Notes: generated by a model from the letters alone, not told the origin. A DNA stretch of 64,000 nt from Alistipes sp. (GCA_017631055.1 JAGBTZ010000043.1:2895-66894); one strand, 5' to 3'. Positions 46,178-57,313 are shown, counted from the first letter of the stretch. Numbers and translations are program-made.

Positions 46178-48010
46178 CTACGTCAGACTCTGCATCTCGA
46201 TAAGCTTGGCGTAGATACCATTCTTGGCTATAAGCTCGGCATGAGTGCCCTGCTCGGCAATGCGACCTCCATCGATGACGATAATTTTGTCGGCATTGTG
46301 GATGGTGCTCAAGCGATGAGCAATAACCACCGAGGTACGACCCTTCAAGAGCGAGGTCAAAGCCTCCTGCACCAACTTCTCGCTCTCGGTATCGAGTGCC
46401 GAGGTTGCCTCATCCAAAATCAGCAACTCGGGATTTTTCAATATAGCACGGGCAATACTCAACCTCTGACGCTGACCACCCGAGAGCTTTGCTCCACGGT
46501 CACCGATATTGGTCTGGTAACCCTCGGGGCTCTCCATAATAAAGTTGTGGGCGTTGGCAATCTTCGCCGCCTCGACAATCTCCTCGTGCGAGGCTCCGGC
46601 ACGACCCAGAGCGATGTTGCTCTCGATGGTGTCGTTGAAGAGGATGGTCTCCTGCGCCACCACGCTCATCGCTCCACGCAGACTCTCCTGCTTGTAGTCG
46701 CGGATACTGCGACCATCGATAAGGATGTCGCCCGAGGTTGCATCATAGAAGCGGGGCACAAGCTCGCTCAACGTAGACTTTCCACCACCCGAGGGGCCCA
46801 CCAATGCTACGGTTTCGCCCTTGCGAATCTCGAACGAGATGCCATCGATAACCTCGCGCGTGCCGTCATACGAGAAGTGCACATTGCGGAACTCGACCTT
46901 CTCCTTCAGCCCCTCAAACTCCACAGCATCAGCCTTGTCGGTAATCTCGGGCTTGGCATCGATGATTGCGAAGATACGCTCACCGGCGGCCACACCCTGG
47001 TTGATATTGGCAAATTGGTCGATAAACGAGCGCACGGGGCGAGTAATCTGCGAGAAGGCTGCGATGAAGGCTATAAATCCGGCTGCACTCATCGATCCCT
47101 TCATCACCAGTGAGCCTCCGAAGACCAAAATCACAGCCACTGCCGTAATGCCGAGGTATTCGCTCATAGGCGAAGCCAGCTGCTGACGGCGAGCCATCCA
47201 GAGCGAGAGCGACTTGATTTCGGCACTCAGGGCGTGGAACTTCTCCTTGATATACTCGGTTGCCGTATAGGTCTTGATAATCTTCACTCCCGAGAGCGAC
47301 TCGTCGAGAACGCTCACCAACTCGCCCATCTTCTTCTGGGTCTTGCTTGCCGGATGACGCAACTTCTTAACAATGCTACCGATAATCAGACCCACCACCG
47401 GCAGGAACAACACCGAGAAGAGTGCCAGCTCCCACGATATGTTGAGCATCAGCACCAAGTAGCCGATGATGAGGAACGGCTCGCGGAAGGCAACTTGCAA
47501 GGTGTTGGTGATGCAGAACTGCACAACCGACACATCCGAAGTGATACGCGAGATAATGTCGCCCTTACGCTGATCGCTGAAGTAGCCGACATTCATACCG
47601 ATAATGTTGTCGAACATCTGGTTGCGCATCTGCTGAATGGTATTGGCACGCATCGACTCCACGGTGTAGCCACTCAAGTAGCGGAAGAGGTTGCTCAGCA
47701 AGTTCATCACAATCAACACCGCAGCCAACAGTGCCAAGATGTAGGTCATCTTGAACTCCTCGCCAAAGAGCATCGTATAGCCATAGGCCAACAGTTCGTT
47801 GAGTGCCGCCTCATTAAACCCGATGGCGGGCATCGTGTAGACCGGGCGGAAGACAAACCCCTCCGAGAACATTGCGTTCAGGATGGGGATAATCATCGCA
47901 TAGTTGAAGGTGTTGAACAGCGCATGCAGAGCCGCATAGAAGAAGTAGGGCACTGCATATCTACCGATAGGCTTGGCAAAACCAAGCAGGCGCATATAGA
48001 TTTTAATCAT
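46178..48010 (-). CDS. ABC exporter, fused permease/ATPase (MsbA-like)
   Basis: TM domain plus GPSGGGKST, LSGGQRQR, LILDEATSALD, IAHRLST. Confidence 0.92.
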   Translation of the reverse strand: MIKIYMRLLGFAKPIGRYAVPYFFYAALHALFNTFNYAMIIPILNAMFSEGFVFRPVYTMPAIGFNEAALNELLAYGYTMLFGEEFKMTYILALLAAVLIVMNLLSNLFRYLSGYTVESMRANTIQQMRNQMFDNIIGMNVGYFSDQRKGDIISRITSDVSVVQFCITNTLQVAFREPFLIIGYLVLMLNISWELALFSVLFLPVVGLIIGSIVKKLRHPASKTQKKMGELVSVLDESLSGVKIIKTYTATEYIKEKFHALSAEIKSLSLWMARRQQLASPMSEYLGITAVAVILVFGGSLVMKGSMSAAGFIAFIAAFSQITRPVRSFIDQFANINQGVAAGERIFAIIDAKPEITDKADAVEFEGLKEKVEFRNVHFSYDGTREVIDGISFEIRKGETVALVGPSGGGKSTLSELVPRFYDATSGDILIDGRSIRDYKQESLRGAMSVVAQETILFNDTIESNIALGRAGASHEEIVEAAKIANAHNFIMESPEGYQTNIGDRGAKLSGGQRQRLSIARAILKNPELLILDEATSALDTESEKLVQEALTSLLKGRTSVVIAHRLSTIHNADKIIVIDGGRIAEQGTHAELIAKNGIYAKLIEMQSLT

Positions 48011-48070
48011 CTCTCTTTTCCGTTATATTGGGTCTGCAAAGGTATTGAAAAATCACCATTTGCACACATT

Positions 48071-49108
48071 TTAATCCTTTTTGGACAGACCTCCCTCCTC
48101 AACGAACTCTTTCACCGAGGCGATATAGTGGGCAATGGTCTCCTCCATCGACACAAACGACTTACCGCCGGCAGCGTTCTTGTGTCCGCCACCATTGAAG
48201 TATCGATTTGCAAACTCATTGACATCGACATTACCTCTCGAGCGCAACGACACACGAATAAAGTCGTGGTGCTCAATAAATATGGCCGACATCTTCATCT
48301 TCTTGACCGTCAGCGGATAATTCACAAAGCCCTCCGAATCACCCTGTTGGAACCAGAAGCGGCGCATCTCCTCCTCCGTAAGCGACATATATGCCACCGT
48401 ACCCTTGTGCAGGGTCTTCATCTTGCGGTTGATGACATAGCCAAACAGGCGTGCACGACTCTCGGTGAAGGAGTTATAGACATTGTTGTAAATCTGCGGA
48501 ATGTTGATTCCCGTCTCCGACAAATCTGCCACCGCACGGAACAATTCGGGCGTGAGGAACGAGAACGAGAAGTTGCCCGTATCGGTCATCATTCCCACAT
48601 AGAGCTGCTCGGCCATTGTGGGCGTTATGGCCTCCTTGCCAAAGAGTTCGACAATGATGCAGTAGACCAAAAATGCCGTACTCGACGATTCGGGATGCGA
48701 GAACATCACATCGAAGGTGGGGTCGGGATTCAGATGGTGATCCACCAGCACTCGCTTCGCTGCTGTGTTCGAAGCGATAACCTCACCCAACTCATCGAGG
48801 CGCGAGAGCATACTCATATCGGCACATATAATCACCTCCGCATCGCGAACAGCCTCAATAGCCGCATCGCGGTCCGATTTGAAAATCAACAGATGCTTGA
48901 TATTCGGAATCCAATCCAAATAGTAAGGGAACCTATTGGGGACTATACATGTCACATCGTGACCTTGCGCCACCAGCGCCTCGCGCAGGGCGAGTGATGA
49001 GCCTATGGCATCGCCATCCGGATTGGTATGCGACACCACAACTACACGGAGCGGAGCGCCACACAGCAACTCCCTCGCCGCCTTCAAATTATCTTGTGAA
49101 AGATTCAT
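48071..49108 (-). CDS. DHH family phosphoesterase (NrnA-like)
   Basis: HTNPDGDAIGS, DHH, TDTGNF, SLRS, GGGHKNAAG; start MNLSQ at 49108. Confidence 0.9.
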   Translation of the reverse strand: MNLSQDNLKAARELLCGAPLRVVVVSHTNPDGDAIGSSLALREALVAQGHDVTCIVPNRFPYYLDWIPNIKHLLIFKSDRDAAIEAVRDAEVIICADMSMLSRLDELGEVIASNTAAKRVLVDHHLNPDPTFDVMFSHPESSSTAFLVYCIIVELFGKEAITPTMAEQLYVGMMTDTGNFSFSFLTPELFRAVADLSETGINIPQIYNNVYNSFTESRARLFGYVINRKMKTLHKGTVAYMSLTEEEMRRFWFQQGDSEGFVNYPLTVKKMKMSAIFIEHHDFIRVSLRSRGNVDVNEFANRYFNGGGHKNAAGGKSFVSMEETIAHYIASVKEFVEEGGLSKKD

Positions 49109-49127
49109 ACGTTGCAAATATAGTAAG

Positions 49128-49161
49128 AAAATAGGGAATGGCAAAATACCACTCCCTATTT
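49128..49161 (-). terminator. Hairpin after the S41 peptidase gene
   Basis: aaatagggaatgg-caaaata-ccactccctattt; T-run on the minus strand. Confidence 0.55.
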
Positions 49162-49191
49162 AACTATTTACGATACAGACAACAGGCGAGA

Positions 49192-51105
49192 TTACTCCTC
49201 CTCTGCCAACATCCAAGCATTCTGGCGGAGGATGTTGCTCTTACGCTCGGGCGAAGCCAAACGAGTGGCAACCTTCGGCATACTGCCCTCCGAAGGCATT
49301 GCAAGACGCTTCACACTCGACTGTGCCGAGAACTCCTTGGTCAAGAGGTCGTTCAAAGCCACCGAGAAGAAGTCTGCCAAGATAGCTTGAGTCTCACCCG
49401 GACGGTCACCCTTCACATCAACTGTGAATGTACCCCAATCCACGGGAGGCATACCATCCCAATCCGATTTCTTACAGTGAATATCGGGCGTAAAGCCGTT
49501 ATCGTAGTCAGACTCTCCGTTGCAGTTATACGACTGGAAGGTGATAGGAGCGAAGATGTAGTGATTGCCATCAATCGGGCTACCGCTCGACTGTGTATTG
49601 AATACCTCCATACCCACATTCTTACCGTTGGTGGTTTGACCAACCAGAGTAACCTTCATGCCGATACCGCGCAGTGCGTTAATCAACATCTCGCTCGAAG
49701 AGGCGGTATCGAAGGTACCGATAACGTAGACCTCCTTGAGAGGGAAGTTGTAAGCCGAAGCGGCACTCTTGTCGAACAAATCAGCCTTGTAAGTGGTGTA
49801 ATCGTTCCTATCTCGACCCTGCTCAGCCATACGCTCATCGTTGAAGCGGTGATACATAAAGACTTGAGGATTACCACCCTTGAGAGCCTTGTTTCCAGCA
49901 ATCAAGCTCGAGAGATAGCAGCACGATGATACATTACCACCACCATTGTAACGAAGGTCGAGGATAAGGTACTCGATAGGCTTTTGGTTCTCGGTCGAGG
50001 CCTGTGTAAAGAGGTCAAATGCCTTCTTAATCTCATCATCAAATGCCGCCTCAAAGATGTTGTAGACCATATAGGCGATATTAACCTGCTTGTTTTCGTT
50101 TTGAGTCGATTTGAAGGTGAATACATCGTAATAAATCACCGGATTCTCACAATACGAAGCCGCTGTCATAGTCACCTGACGGGGAGCGGTCAAAGCAAAT
50201 GTCGTCCAGTTGAACTCCTGAACCTCCATATTGCAAACGGTTCCCACAGGCACCTCATAGATAAAGGTGTCGATAAGATAATCTACCCAGTTGTTTTCAT
50301 TGAGGGCTACACCATTGATTTTGGCAATAAAATCACCTCGCTTCAAACCTGCCTTCGCTGCCGGAGAGTCGGGATAGACATACTCAACAGCCAAATGGAT
50401 TGCACCAGCATCAAACTGAATACCATACACCGAAGCACCATAACCCTGATAGAAGGCCTTCTCGGCACGAGTTACGCTATTAGCAGAGGGGGTCGTGCGC
50501 TGGATGTACGAATAGTAAACCCAGTAGGGAGCACCGCTCGCCGGAGAGTAGAGGTAGCCATCCATAGTGTTGGTATTGATAGAGCGCAGTGCGCTATCGA
50601 GGAAGTCGTCATAAGCCTGATCCCACTTCGGAGCGCCCTTGTCACGCAAATCCTTGTTCCAGAGATAGTATTTGTCGAGTAATGCCCAAGTGTAATTCTT
50701 GTTAACATTTGCATCAGTACCCTTAGCACTAATCGACAACTGCGTAAAGCGGCAGAGGGTAATCTGCTCAGCCACGCCTGCAACCTTGACGGTAAGAGTC
50801 AGGTTACGCGAATATGCTGTAGCATTCTCGGTAAAATCCAACACGATATCGTGAGTTCCGGCCTCACCGCTCGCACCCGAAGAGATGGTTGCAATTCGGG
50901 TCTGCGACACCTTTGCCTCCCAAGCTGCATCGGCAGTGATGGTGATGGTTACCTGCTGAGCCTCACCCTTAATCTCCATCTTATCCTCACAACTCTTGTA
51001 GGTGATGCCTGTCGGCTTGTTGTCGTCAATTTCGTCTCCACCATTGGTACAAGCTGCCAGCACGAATGCCAGACCACACAAAGCCAATTTGAACAGATTT
51101 TTCAT
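49192..51105 (-). CDS. S41 family peptidase lipoprotein with BACON-like and PDZ domains
   Basis: Lipobox LAAC; YYLWN; PDZ YVYPDSPAAKAGLKRGD; LILDLRYNGGG, TASSSE, T.GKNVG. Confidence 0.88.
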   Translation of the reverse strand: MKNLFKLALCGLAFVLAACTNGGDEIDDNKPTGITYKSCEDKMEIKGEAQQVTITITADAAWEAKVSQTRIATISSGASGEAGTHDIVLDFTENATAYSRNLTLTVKVAGVAEQITLCRFTQLSISAKGTDANVNKNYTWALLDKYYLWNKDLRDKGAPKWDQAYDDFLDSALRSINTNTMDGYLYSPASGAPYWVYYSYIQRTTPSANSVTRAEKAFYQGYGASVYGIQFDAGAIHLAVEYVYPDSPAAKAGLKRGDFIAKINGVALNENNWVDYLIDTFIYEVPVGTVCNMEVQEFNWTTFALTAPRQVTMTAASYCENPVIYYDVFTFKSTQNENKQVNIAYMVYNIFEAAFDDEIKKAFDLFTQASTENQKPIEYLILDLRYNGGGNVSSCCYLSSLIAGNKALKGGNPQVFMYHRFNDERMAEQGRDRNDYTTYKADLFDKSAASAYNFPLKEVYVIGTFDTASSSEMLINALRGIGMKVTLVGQTTNGKNVGMEVFNTQSSGSPIDGNHYIFAPITFQSYNCNGESDYDNGFTPDIHCKKSDWDGMPPVDWGTFTVDVKGDRPGETQAILADFFSVALNDLLTKEFSAQSSVKRLAMPSEGSMPKVATRLASPERKSNILRQNAWMLAEEE

Positions 51106-51150
51106 TTTCTCTTAGTTTTTTAATTTTAGTTAGCGCGCAAAGATAACGCT

Positions 51151-51804
51151 TTACAATTGATTTTTAGTCTTTTTTGTCGAAAAATATTTACACCACTCCG
51201 AAATTCCGCACTCCACACACTTCGGCGAGCGGGCCGTGCAGACATATCGCCCATGCAAAATCAACCAGTGGTGAGCGATAGGCAAGAGGTGCGAAGGGAT
51301 ATTCTTTTCGAGTTGCAATTCGGTCTGCAGCGGGGTTTTGGCGTTGCGCGTAAGGCCTATGCGAGCCGACACCCTGAAGACGTGCGTATCGACCGGCATA
51401 ACCTCCTTTTGCCACAGCACCGCCCCCACAACATTGGCCGTCTTGCGACCTACGCCCGGCAGTCGTTGCAGCTGCTCACGGTCGCTGGGCACCTCGCCCC
51501 CGAACTCCTCGACCAACATCCTCGACATCGCCGCCAGGTGCTTGGCCTTGTTGTTGGGATAGGAGATGCTCTTAATGTAGCCATAAATCTCCTCAACCGA
51601 TGCCTCGGCCATCGCCTCGGCTGTCGGGTAGGCTTCGAATAGTGCCGGAGTGGTCATATTAACCCTCTTGTCGGTGCATTGAGCCGAGAGTACCACCGCC
51701 ACCAACAACTCGAACGGCGTGCGAAAGTCGAGCTCACTCTCCGCCACAGGCATACTCTCTTGGAAGTAGGCTATAATTGCCTCGTAACGCTCTTTCAGAC
51801 GCAT
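51151..51804 (-). CDS. nth: Endonuclease III
   Basis: LSAQCTDKRVN, HhH LPGVGRKTANV, VDTHV.RV, C-x6-C-x2-C-x5-C. Confidence 0.96.
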   Translation of the reverse strand: MRLKERYEAIIAYFQESMPVAESELDFRTPFELLVAVVLSAQCTDKRVNMTTPALFEAYPTAEAMAEASVEEIYGYIKSISYPNNKAKHLAAMSRMLVEEFGGEVPSDREQLQRLPGVGRKTANVVGAVLWQKEVMPVDTHVFRVSARIGLTRNAKTPLQTELQLEKNIPSHLLPIAHHWLILHGRYVCTARSPKCVECGISEWCKYFSTKKTKNQL

Positions 51805-51810
51805 AATCCT

Positions 51811-54231
51811 CTACAATTTCGTAAGTTTTGCGAACTTGGCCAGCAGAGTCTTCTCGCCATAACCTCCACCAAACTCCACGATAAGTTTATGGTCGGTGGC
51901 GAGTGCCTCGATGTGACGTATCACTCCGGCACCGAACTTCGGGTGTTCGACCCTCTCGCCCACGGCATAACTACACGGCACGGCTGCCTTCGGCGGGGTT
52001 GCCCCCTCCTCCACCTTGCGCGAGATGCCCAATCGGCGCATACCATCGGTCGAGGTGCGCACCGGCTCGACAATTGCAGGGTTGGGGCGTGAAGGCTTAG
52101 CGGGCTCTTGTGGCTTATTTTTGAATCGGTAGTCAAATCGCTTGCGCAACTCCTCGACAGCGGTACGACCCTCGCTATTGACACGATTGCCGGACTCGTT
52201 GAACGACTGCATGGGGCGAGAGTTGCGCTTAATCTCGAAGTCGGCCTCGATGTAAGCCTCATCAATCTCCGAGAGGAAACGGCTCTGTTGCGAGAACTCC
52301 ATATTTCCCCACTTGAAGCGCATCTCGGCATAGGAGAGCATAGCCTCGCATTTGGCTCGGGTCAGCGCCACATAGAACAATCTGCGCTCCTCCTCCAGAC
52401 CATCGGGGGTCTCCATCGCCCGCTGCGAGGGGAAGAGATTCTCCTCCAAGCCCACAATGTAGACAAACTCATACTCAAGACCTTTGGCCGAGTGAACGGT
52501 CATCAGCGTAACTTTGTGCTGCTCCTGCTCATCCTCGTTGTCCATGTCGGTCATCAGCATCACGCTCTGCAACCACTCTTCGATGGTTGCCACCTCCGAC
52601 TCCTCACGCTCGCCGTTACGAATCTCGGCCTCGCGCTGCTCGTTGAAGAGCTGCATTGTATTGAGCAACTCCTCGATATTGTCGACTGCACTCTGCGCCT
52701 CGGGGGTGTTCTCGACACGATAGGCGGCAAGTATTCCCGAGCGGGTCGCCACCTCCTCGCCAAACTCATAAAGACCCTTATCGGTACGCGCCAACGACAG
52801 CGAGCGAATAAGTTCGACAAACTCGGCAACCTTGCGCACAATGGCACGAGTAACAGTGTCGGTAACAGGCTCTGCCACAAGCGTATCGACCGCCTCCCAC
52901 ATCGACACTCCGCGTTGGCGGGCTATAGCTTCGATGCGTTGCACGGTGGTATCGCCAATACCTCGGGCGGGATAGTTCACAATTCGCTTGAAGGCCTCAT
53001 CATCGCGCGGGTTGATAATCAGGCGGATATAGCCCAGCATATCCTTCACCTCCTTGTGGTCGTAGAAGGAGTTACCCTTATAGATGCGGTAGGGAATACC
53101 TCGGCGGCGCAATGCATCCTCGAAGGCTTTGGATTGGTTGTTGGTGCGGTAGAGGATTGCCACCTCATTCCAGTCGGTGCCGTTCTGGCGCACCTTGTCG
53201 CGCATATCATTCACAACAAGTTCGGCCTCCTCGCGGTCGGTATAGGCACGGAACAGGCGCACCGGAGCACCCTTCGCACCCTCCGAGAAGCACTTCTTCT
53301 CCATTTGGCGGGAGTTGTGCTTGATGACCGAGTTGGCAGCCTCGACAATGGTCTGTGTCGAGCGATAGTTCTGCTCGAGTTTGAAGACCTTGGCTGCGGG
53401 GTAATCACGCTTGAAGCTCAAGATATTCTCGATTTTCGCTCCGCGGAACGAATAGATTGACTGAGCATCATCACCCACCACGCAGACCCTCGAGTGGAGT
53501 TGCGACAGGCGGCGGATGATGACATATTGTGCAAAGTTGGTATCCTGATACTCATCGACCAGAACATATTGGAACAACTCCTGGTACTTTGCCAGCACAT
53601 CAGGGCAATCCTTCAGCAAGATGTTGGTTTGCAGCAACAAATCATCGAAATCCATCGCTCCGTTCTGCTTGCAGCGGGCACAGTAGATGTTGTAGATGTT
53701 GCCGAACTCGGGGATCTGCTTTTGGCGATCTTCGGCTCCGTATGAGGGGTTTGCGATATAGGCTCCCGGGGTTACCAAACAGTTCTTGGCATACGAGATA
53801 CGCGAAGCGAGCAGGTTGGGTTTATACTTATCCTCATCGAGGTTGAGCTCCTTGACGACGGTTTTGAGCAGATTTTTCACATCCGTAGGCTCATAAATCG
53901 TAAAGCTCTCGGGGAAGCCTATGCGCTCGGCATTTTCACGCAGTATTCGCGCAAAAACGGAGTGGAACGTACCCATACGCAGATAGCGGCTGCGAGGGCC
54001 AATCATAGCCTCGATGCGGGTACGCATCTGCTCGGCAGCCTTGTTGGTAAAAGTCAGTGCCAGAATGTTGTGAGGTGCCACTCCCTGCTCTATCATGTAG
54101 GCTATGCGCGAGGTCAGCACTCGGGTTTTACCCGAGCCGGCACCGGCAACAATAAGCGAGGGCGAGTCGTAGTTCACGACCGCATCACGTTGTGCGGGGT
54201 TGAGTCCCTGTAAAATTTGCGATTCCATCAT
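51811..54231 (-). CDS. uvrD: UvrD/PcrA family ATP-dependent DNA helicase
   Basis: AGAGSGKT, TFTNKAA, DEYQDTN, GDDAQSIYSFRGA, QNYRST, HSAKGLE, EERRLFYVA.TRA. Confidence 0.93.
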   Translation of the reverse strand: MMESQILQGLNPAQRDAVVNYDSPSLIVAGAGSGKTRVLTSRIAYMIEQGVAPHNILALTFTNKAAEQMRTRIEAMIGPRSRYLRMGTFHSVFARILRENAERIGFPESFTIYEPTDVKNLLKTVVKELNLDEDKYKPNLLASRISYAKNCLVTPGAYIANPSYGAEDRQKQIPEFGNIYNIYCARCKQNGAMDFDDLLLQTNILLKDCPDVLAKYQELFQYVLVDEYQDTNFAQYVIIRRLSQLHSRVCVVGDDAQSIYSFRGAKIENILSFKRDYPAAKVFKLEQNYRSTQTIVEAANSVIKHNSRQMEKKCFSEGAKGAPVRLFRAYTDREEAELVVNDMRDKVRQNGTDWNEVAILYRTNNQSKAFEDALRRRGIPYRIYKGNSFYDHKEVKDMLGYIRLIINPRDDEAFKRIVNYPARGIGDTTVQRIEAIARQRGVSMWEAVDTLVAEPVTDTVTRAIVRKVAEFVELIRSLSLARTDKGLYEFGEEVATRSGILAAYRVENTPEAQSAVDNIEELLNTMQLFNEQREAEIRNGEREESEVATIEEWLQSVMLMTDMDNEDEQEQHKVTLMTVHSAKGLEYEFVYIVGLEENLFPSQRAMETPDGLEEERRLFYVALTRAKCEAMLSYAEMRFKWGNMEFSQQSRFLSEIDEAYIEADFEIKRNSRPMQSFNESGNRVNSEGRTAVEELRKRFDYRFKNKPQEPAKPSRPNPAIVEPVRTSTDGMRRLGISRKVEEGATPPKAAVPCSYAVGERVEHPKFGAGVIRHIEALATDHKLIVEFGGGYGEKTLLAKFAKLTKL

Positions 54232-54428
54232 ACGCCACAAAAGTACTAACATTTCGCTTGGTGGCGAAACTTTTTCTCTCGTTTTTTACAATATCGCCAC
54301 CCCACACCTCTCTGCAATGGATGAGAATAGCGAAAATTTGGAACTTTTGACGAAAATTTATTAAATTCGCAACATATTTGCGCTTTTTGCGTTAAGGATA
54401 TACCATTGAAACAAACACACACCACAAT

Positions 54429-55427
54429 ATGAGTGAAGTAGTAAACATCAAAGAACTCAACGAGCGTATCGAGCGCGAAAGCCTCTTTGTCGATACGCTG
54501 CGTAATGAAATGTCGAAGGTTATAGTTGGCCAGACCCACTTGGTCGACACGCTGCTTATCGGTCTGCTCTCGAATGGACACATTCTGCTGGAGGGCGTTC
54601 CCGGATTGGCTAAAACCCTCGCAATCACAACCCTCGCTAAGGCCGTAGATGCCGATTTCTCGCGCATACAGTTTACCCCTGACTTGCTTCCGGCGGACTT
54701 GGTGGGTACGCTTATCTATTCGCAAAAGAGCGAGGATTTCACCGTTAAGAAGGGCCCCGTATTCGCAAACTTCGTGTTGGCTGACGAGATTAACCGCTCG
54801 CCTGCAAAGGTGCAGTCGGCACTGCTCGAGGCGATGCAGGAGCGACAGGTGACACTCGGCGACAGCACCTACAAACTGCCCGAGCCATTCCTCGTGTTGG
54901 CAACCCAGAACCCCTTGGAGCAGGAGGGTACCTATCCGCTACCCGAGGCTCAGGTCGACCGTTTTATGCTCAAGGCAAAGATTACCTACCCCAAGAAGCA
55001 GGAGGAGCGTGAGATTGTGCGCATGAATCTCTCGGGTGCAGGTATGCCCGAGGTACAGAAGGTCATCACACCCGAGGATATTGTCAAGGCTCGCAAGGTT
55101 GTCGAGGAGGTCTATATGGACGAGAAGATTGAGAAGTACATCATCGACATCATCTTCGCCACTCGCGAGCCGGCAGAGTACAACCTCGAGCGTCTGCGCC
55201 CGCTTATCGCCTATGGAGGCTCGCCCCGTGCAAGTATCTCGTTGGCGAAGGCTGCACGAGCATACGCCTTCATCCGCCGCAGAGGATATGTTATCCCCGA
55301 GGATGTGCGTGCCGTATGTCACGATGTACTGCGCCACCGCATCGGTCTGACCTACGAGGCCGAGGCCGAGAATATCTCGACCGAGGAGATTATTACCGAC
55401 ATTCTGAACAACGTAATCGTTCCTTAG
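54429..55427 (+). CDS. moxR: MoxR family AAA+ ATPase
   Basis: EGVPGLAKT, RIQFTPDLLPAD, DEINR.PAKVQSALLEAMQE, EGTYPLPEAQ.DRF. Confidence 0.93.
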   Translation: MSEVVNIKELNERIERESLFVDTLRNEMSKVIVGQTHLVDTLLIGLLSNGHILLEGVPGLAKTLAITTLAKAVDADFSRIQFTPDLLPADLVGTLIYSQKSEDFTVKKGPVFANFVLADEINRSPAKVQSALLEAMQERQVTLGDSTYKLPEPFLVLATQNPLEQEGTYPLPEAQVDRFMLKAKITYPKKQEEREIVRMNLSGAGMPEVQKVITPEDIVKARKVVEEVYMDEKIEKYIIDIIFATREPAEYNLERLRPLIAYGGSPRASISLAKAARAYAFIRRRGYVIPEDVRAVCHDVLRHRIGLTYEAEAENISTEEIITDILNNVIVP

Positions 55428-55436
55428 CGGCAACCG

Positions 55437-56321
55437 ATGCAACAGAACGAAAACGATATCCTCAAGCGTGTCCGCAAAATCGAGATTAAGACGCGCGGAT
55501 TGTCGAACGAGATCTTCGCAGGAAAGTATCATACGGCATTCCGAGGTCGCGGTATGTCCTTTGCCGAGGTGAGGGAGTATCGCCCGGGTGACGATGTGCG
55601 AGATATCGACTGGAACGTGACGGCTCGTTCTCGCAAACCCCACATCAAGGTCTACGAGGAGGAGCGCGAGTTGACGATGATGCTTGTGGTCGATGTCAGC
55701 GGCTCACGCCTATTCGGCTCGGAGGAGCGCACCAAGAAGAATATCATCACCGAGATTGCCGCTGTGCTCGCCTTCTCGGCAGCGCAGAACAACGATAAGG
55801 TGGGTTGCATCTTCTTCTCGGACAAGGTCGAGAAGTTTATCCCGCCCAAGAAGGGCAAGAGCCATGTGCTGATGATTATCCGCGAACTTATCGGCTTCGA
55901 GCCCGAATCGCAGCGCACACGCCTCTCGGAGCCTATTCGTTTCCTTACGAGTGTCAACAAGAAGCGATGCACGACCTTCGTGCTCTCGGACTTTATGGAC
56001 CCGGCAAGCGACCGCGAGGAGTTGAACGATGCACTGAAGATTGCCGGAGGCAAGCACGATATTGTCGCCATCCGTGTCACCGACCCCCGCGAGGCGGAGT
56101 TGCCCGATGTGGGAATTATCGAGTTGCAGGATGCCGAGACGGGGCGCAAGGAGTGGGTCGATACCTCTTCGGCTCGCATCAGAGAGCACTATGCCGAAGC
56201 GTGGCGCAACCACAGTGAGGCAATACTCTCCATGCTGAAACATAACCGCATAGACACTGCATCGATTTCGACCGGCAGCGACTATGTGGCCGAACTGATA
56301 AAACTTTTCAAACAGCGATGA
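55437..56321 (+). CDS. DUF58 domain protein
   Basis: GRGMSFAEVREY.PGDDVR.IDWNVTAR, DVSGS. Confidence 0.92.
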   Translation: MQQNENDILKRVRKIEIKTRGLSNEIFAGKYHTAFRGRGMSFAEVREYRPGDDVRDIDWNVTARSRKPHIKVYEEERELTMMLVVDVSGSRLFGSEERTKKNIITEIAAVLAFSAAQNNDKVGCIFFSDKVEKFIPPKKGKSHVLMIIRELIGFEPESQRTRLSEPIRFLTSVNKKRCTTFVLSDFMDPASDREELNDALKIAGGKHDIVAIRVTDPREAELPDVGIIELQDAETGRKEWVDTSSARIREHYAEAWRNHSEAILSMLKHNRIDTASISTGSDYVAELIKLFKQR

Positions 56322-57313
56322 AGTTTTTGCGATATATAACAATCTGCGTGTCGGCTTTGTGTGTGTCGGCTTTGGCGTTTGGAGCGACCGATACTCCACG
56401 CATCACCTCCCGCATCGAGCCCGATAGCATTATGATTGGCGACCGCTTTACATATATCATAGATGTCGAGAAGGATATGGTGCAGGAGATTGCCTTTCCC
56501 GAGTTCGAGGCCGACCCGAAGGGCGGTATCGAGCTTGTCGAGAGCCATCCCGTGGACACCATCTCGCGCGAAGGGCGCCGCCTGCATCTGCGCAAACGCT
56601 ACACAATGGCAGCCTTCGAGGAGGGTCGTATCGCTATGGGCACCGCTAAGGTACTCTATGCCGACAAGAACATTATCGACACCCTCTCGAGCAACGATGA
56701 GGCGATACTCAATGTCGGCACATTCCAAATAGACTCCACCTCACACGCCATATTCGACATCAAGCCCCAAAAGACACTGAAGTTCAAGTTCCGCGAAATC
56801 AGCGACTATCTGTTGTGGGCACTGCTGGCAGCGGTGATTTTGGCGGCAGCAATTTATGGCTTGGTGCGCTGGCTCCACTCGCGAGGCAAGACAATCAAGA
56901 GCCTCTTCACCCCCGCACCCCCCGAGCCGGCACACATAGTGGCTATTCGTGCGCTCGAGGAGTTACACAACCGCAAACTTTGGCAGAATAACCTCCACAA
57001 GGAGTACTATTCGGGGCTGTCGGATATCCTGCGCACATACCTGGCTGGTCGTTACGAAGTGGGAGCTATGGAGATGACTACCGATGAGATTGCCGAGGCT
57101 GTGCGCGAGGTCGAGATGCCGACAAAGTGTTCGGTCGACCTGATGAGCGTGTTGCGTGATGCCGACCTTGCCAAGTTCGCCAAGTTCGAGCCCGATGCCG
57201 AGCAGAACGAGAGCGCATACTCGAAGGCTTACTACTTTGTCGAGGAGACCAAACCTGTTGAGCCAACCACCGAAGAGGAGGATGTACAGGCGGTGATAAA
57301 CAAAATAAAATAG
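56318..57313 (+). CDS. bat-operon associated membrane protein
   Basis: Signal peptide, DIKP then TM helix, KEYY..L.DILR.YL, AMEMTT.EI, ADLAKFAK; usual third gene of Bacteroidetes moxR-bat loci. Confidence 0.8.
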   Translation: MKFLRYITICVSALCVSALAFGATDTPRITSRIEPDSIMIGDRFTYIIDVEKDMVQEIAFPEFEADPKGGIELVESHPVDTISREGRRLHLRKRYTMAAFEEGRIAMGTAKVLYADKNIIDTLSSNDEAILNVGTFQIDSTSHAIFDIKPQKTLKFKFREISDYLLWALLAAVILAAAIYGLVRWLHSRGKTIKSLFTPAPPEPAHIVAIRALEELHNRKLWQNNLHKEYYSGLSDILRTYLAGRYEVGAMEMTTDEIAEAVREVEMPTKCSVDLMSVLRDADLAKFAKFEPDAEQNESAYSKAYYFVEETKPVEPTTEEEDVQAVINKIK

